Origin: Vicinamibacterales bacterium
GTDB taxonomy: Bacteria; Acidobacteriota; Vicinamibacteria; Vicinamibacterales; UBA8438
Direction: 5' to 3'
Assembly: GCA_965249105.1 (NCBI GenBank)
Contig: OZ252219.1
Location: 192,190 to 256,189 of the forward strand
DNA: 64,000 bases
The notes under the pieces are model-generated. The model made no database searches, was not told the DNA's origin, and worked only from the letters and a program-made list of their open reading frames with translations. Shown here piece by piece: positions 62,540 through 64,000 of the stretch (position 1 is its first letter; each line of letters opens with the position of its first letter). Made by a program: the position numbers and the translations under genes.

Positions 62540-63441
62540 GTCCCTGCGTGCTTCGCCCGGTTCAACATCTCCTGCACCCGTTCCCCGCGCACCGACTGGA
62601 TGTCTTCCTGGTTCTTCAGCACGATCCCGAGGGTCTGATCGATCGTCTCGGCGTCGAGTTCGCGCTTGTCGAGGGCGACGAGGGCGGTCACCCAGTCGAG
62701 CGTTTCCGAGACCCCGGCCACTTTGTACAGCTCGGCCCGACGCAGCTCCTGGACGAACGCCGCGACCTGTTCGGCGAGCTGCGCGGCAGCGGTCGGCAGC
62801 CTCGTGGTGATGATCTCGAGCTCCTTCTTGTAGTTCGGATACTCGATCCAGCAGTACAGGCACCGGCGCTTGAGCGCATCGTGAAGCTCGCGGGTGCGAT
62901 TCGACGTCACGATGACGACCGGCGGCTGTGTGGCCCGGATCGTTCCGATCTCTGGAATGGTGACCTGAAAATCCGACAGCAACTCGAGCAGAAAGCCCTC
63001 GAACTCCTCGTCGGCACGGTCGAGCTCGTCGATCAAGAGGACCGGCGGCGGTCCCCCGTCAGATTCGAGGGCCTGGAGCAGCGGCCGCTTGACCAGGAAC
63101 TCGTCGCCGAAGAGGTGGTTAGCCGCGGTCTCCTTGTCGTCGCCGAGCGTACCGGTGGCCTCCATGAGCCGGATCTCCAGCAGCTGCCTGGAGTAGTTCC
63201 ATTCGTAGACTGCGTGCGAGATATCGAGACCTTCGTAGCACTGCAGGCGAATAAGGTTGGTCGCGAGCGCCTGGGCGAGGACCTTGGCCACCTCGGTCTT
63301 GCCCACGCCGGCTTCGCCTTCCAGGAGGATCGGGCGCTGGAGCTTGAGGGCGAGGAACAGCGAAGTGGCCAGCCCGCGGTCCGCGATGTATCGCTCGGAC
63401 CGGAGCCGGCTCTGGAGATCGTCGATCGAAGCCGGGACCAC
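62536..63441 (-). CDS. MoxR-type AAA+ ATPase, CoxD-like
   Basis: 301 aa. Walker A GEAGVGKT, Walker B LLIDELDRA, ..VIVTSNRTRELHDALKRRC... Confidence 0.88.
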   Translation of the reverse strand: MVPASIDDLQSRLRSERYIADRGLATSLFLALKLQRPILLEGEAGVGKTEVAKVLAQALATNLIRLQCYEGLDISHAVYEWNYSRQLLEIRLMEATGTLGDDKETAANHLFGDEFLVKRPLLQALESDGGPPPVLLIDELDRADEEFEGFLLELLSDFQVTIPEIGTIRATQPPVVIVTSNRTRELHDALKRRCLYCWIEYPNYKKELEIITTRLPTAAAQLAEQVAAFVQELRRAELYKVAGVSETLDWVTALVALDKRELDAETIDQTLGIVLKNQEDIQSVRGERVQEMLNRAKHAGT

Positions 63442-63446
63442 CGAAC

Positions 63447-64000
63447 CTACCCGGCGCGATCCGCGGCCGCGGTGACGGCGCGCTGCACCCAGACGTGAGT
63501 CACCGCCTTGCGATACTCCGCCGATGCGAAGATGTCTCCCAGCAGGTCCGCGTCGTCACCCAGATCGCCGCCGACAGACTGCGCTGCCGCACTGATCGTC
63601 TCGGCGGAGAGCGTCTGACCAACCAACGCGCGCTCGACCGATGAGGCTCGAGCCGGCGTGGGCACGACGCCCCCGACCACCACCGATGCGTCGGTGCACG
63701 ATCCGCCGGCGACCGTCACAGTGGCCGCGACACCGACCACGGCGTACCGTGAGGCCGGATGAGCGAATTTCGCGTAGGCGCTCCCTTGACCAGCTTGCGC
63801 GACCGGCACCTCAATAGACGTCAGCAGCTCGTCTTCTCCAAGCGACGTGGACATGACGCCCAGGAAGAAACCCGATGCGGCGATGGCGCGCTCGCCTCCA
63901 GGCCCCGTCATGCGCAGACTGGCTCCTAGTGCGCAAAGCACGGTCGGCAGGTCTGAGGCCGGGTCTGCGTGCGCCACGTTGCCGCCGACGGTGCCACGGT
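63447..64000 (-). CDS. FAD-binding medium subunit of a molybdenum hydroxylase (CoxM/XdhB-like), C-terminal part (gene runs off the window end)
   Basis: The ORF is open to the window edge. ..GTVGGNVAHADPASDLPTVLCALGA..ERAIAASGFFLG..SAYAKFAHPASRYAVVGVA..DIFASAEYRKAV... Confidence 0.75.
   Translation of the reverse strand, partial: RGTVGGNVAHADPASDLPTVLCALGASLRMTGPGGERAIAASGFFLGVMSTSLGEDELLTSIEVPVAQAGQGSAYAKFAHPASRYAVVGVAATVTVAGGSCTDASVVVGGVVPTPARASSVERALVGQTLSAETISAAAQSVGGDLGDDADLLGDIFASAEYRKAVTHVWVQRAVTAAADRAG

Noticed and set aside
62540-62863. N-terminal 108 residues of the 498-aa track ORF 61367-62863
   Set aside because: This stretch lies inside the MoxR ATPase gene in another frame and is Arg/Gly/Pro-rich. 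The VWA protein starts convincingly at ATG 62539, which overlaps the MoxR stop.

Overview
High-GC bacterial chromosome segment. The gene content suggests an Acidobacteriota- or Gemmatimonadota-like soil bacterium (a PEP-CTERM protein, many Ser/Thr-kinase and beta-propeller paralogues); this placement is inference only.

- **Left third (1-24.7 kb), mostly core genes:** tRNA-Leu and tig-clpP-clpX; a two-gene ergothioneine pathway (egtB-egtD) translationally coupled to an AI-2E permease and facing a betaine-type ABC importer; a CDP-alcohol phosphatidyltransferase next to a GtrA fusion; NfeD-flotillin; an orphan receiver protein; a DUF6152 cluster; a PEP-CTERM gene; a sulfatase-like gene.
- **Middle (24.7-54.4 kb), a decaying accessory region:** it is bounded and subdivided by three direct copies of the 3' end of tRNA-Lys(CTT). 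It holds IS30, IS630 and IS6 elements, a miniature IS6 derivative, several pseudogenes, and PQQ/beta-propeller and other exported proteins. It also holds at least eight 5' stubs of Hanks-type Ser/Thr kinase genes, all on the minus strand. Nearly all sit just upstream of, or are fused in frame to, an unrelated exported-protein gene.
- **Right end (54.4-64 kb):** tRNA-Lys, a tRNA-Arg-like remnant, two tRNA-Arg genes, divergent ligD/ku (NHEJ), and a coxM-like / MoxR / VWA / coxG accessory cluster.

I saw no CRISPR array, rRNA, integrase or phage structural genes. Most long track ORFs lying antisense to the genes listed here are high-GC artefacts. All family assignments come from motifs read by eye; no database search was run.
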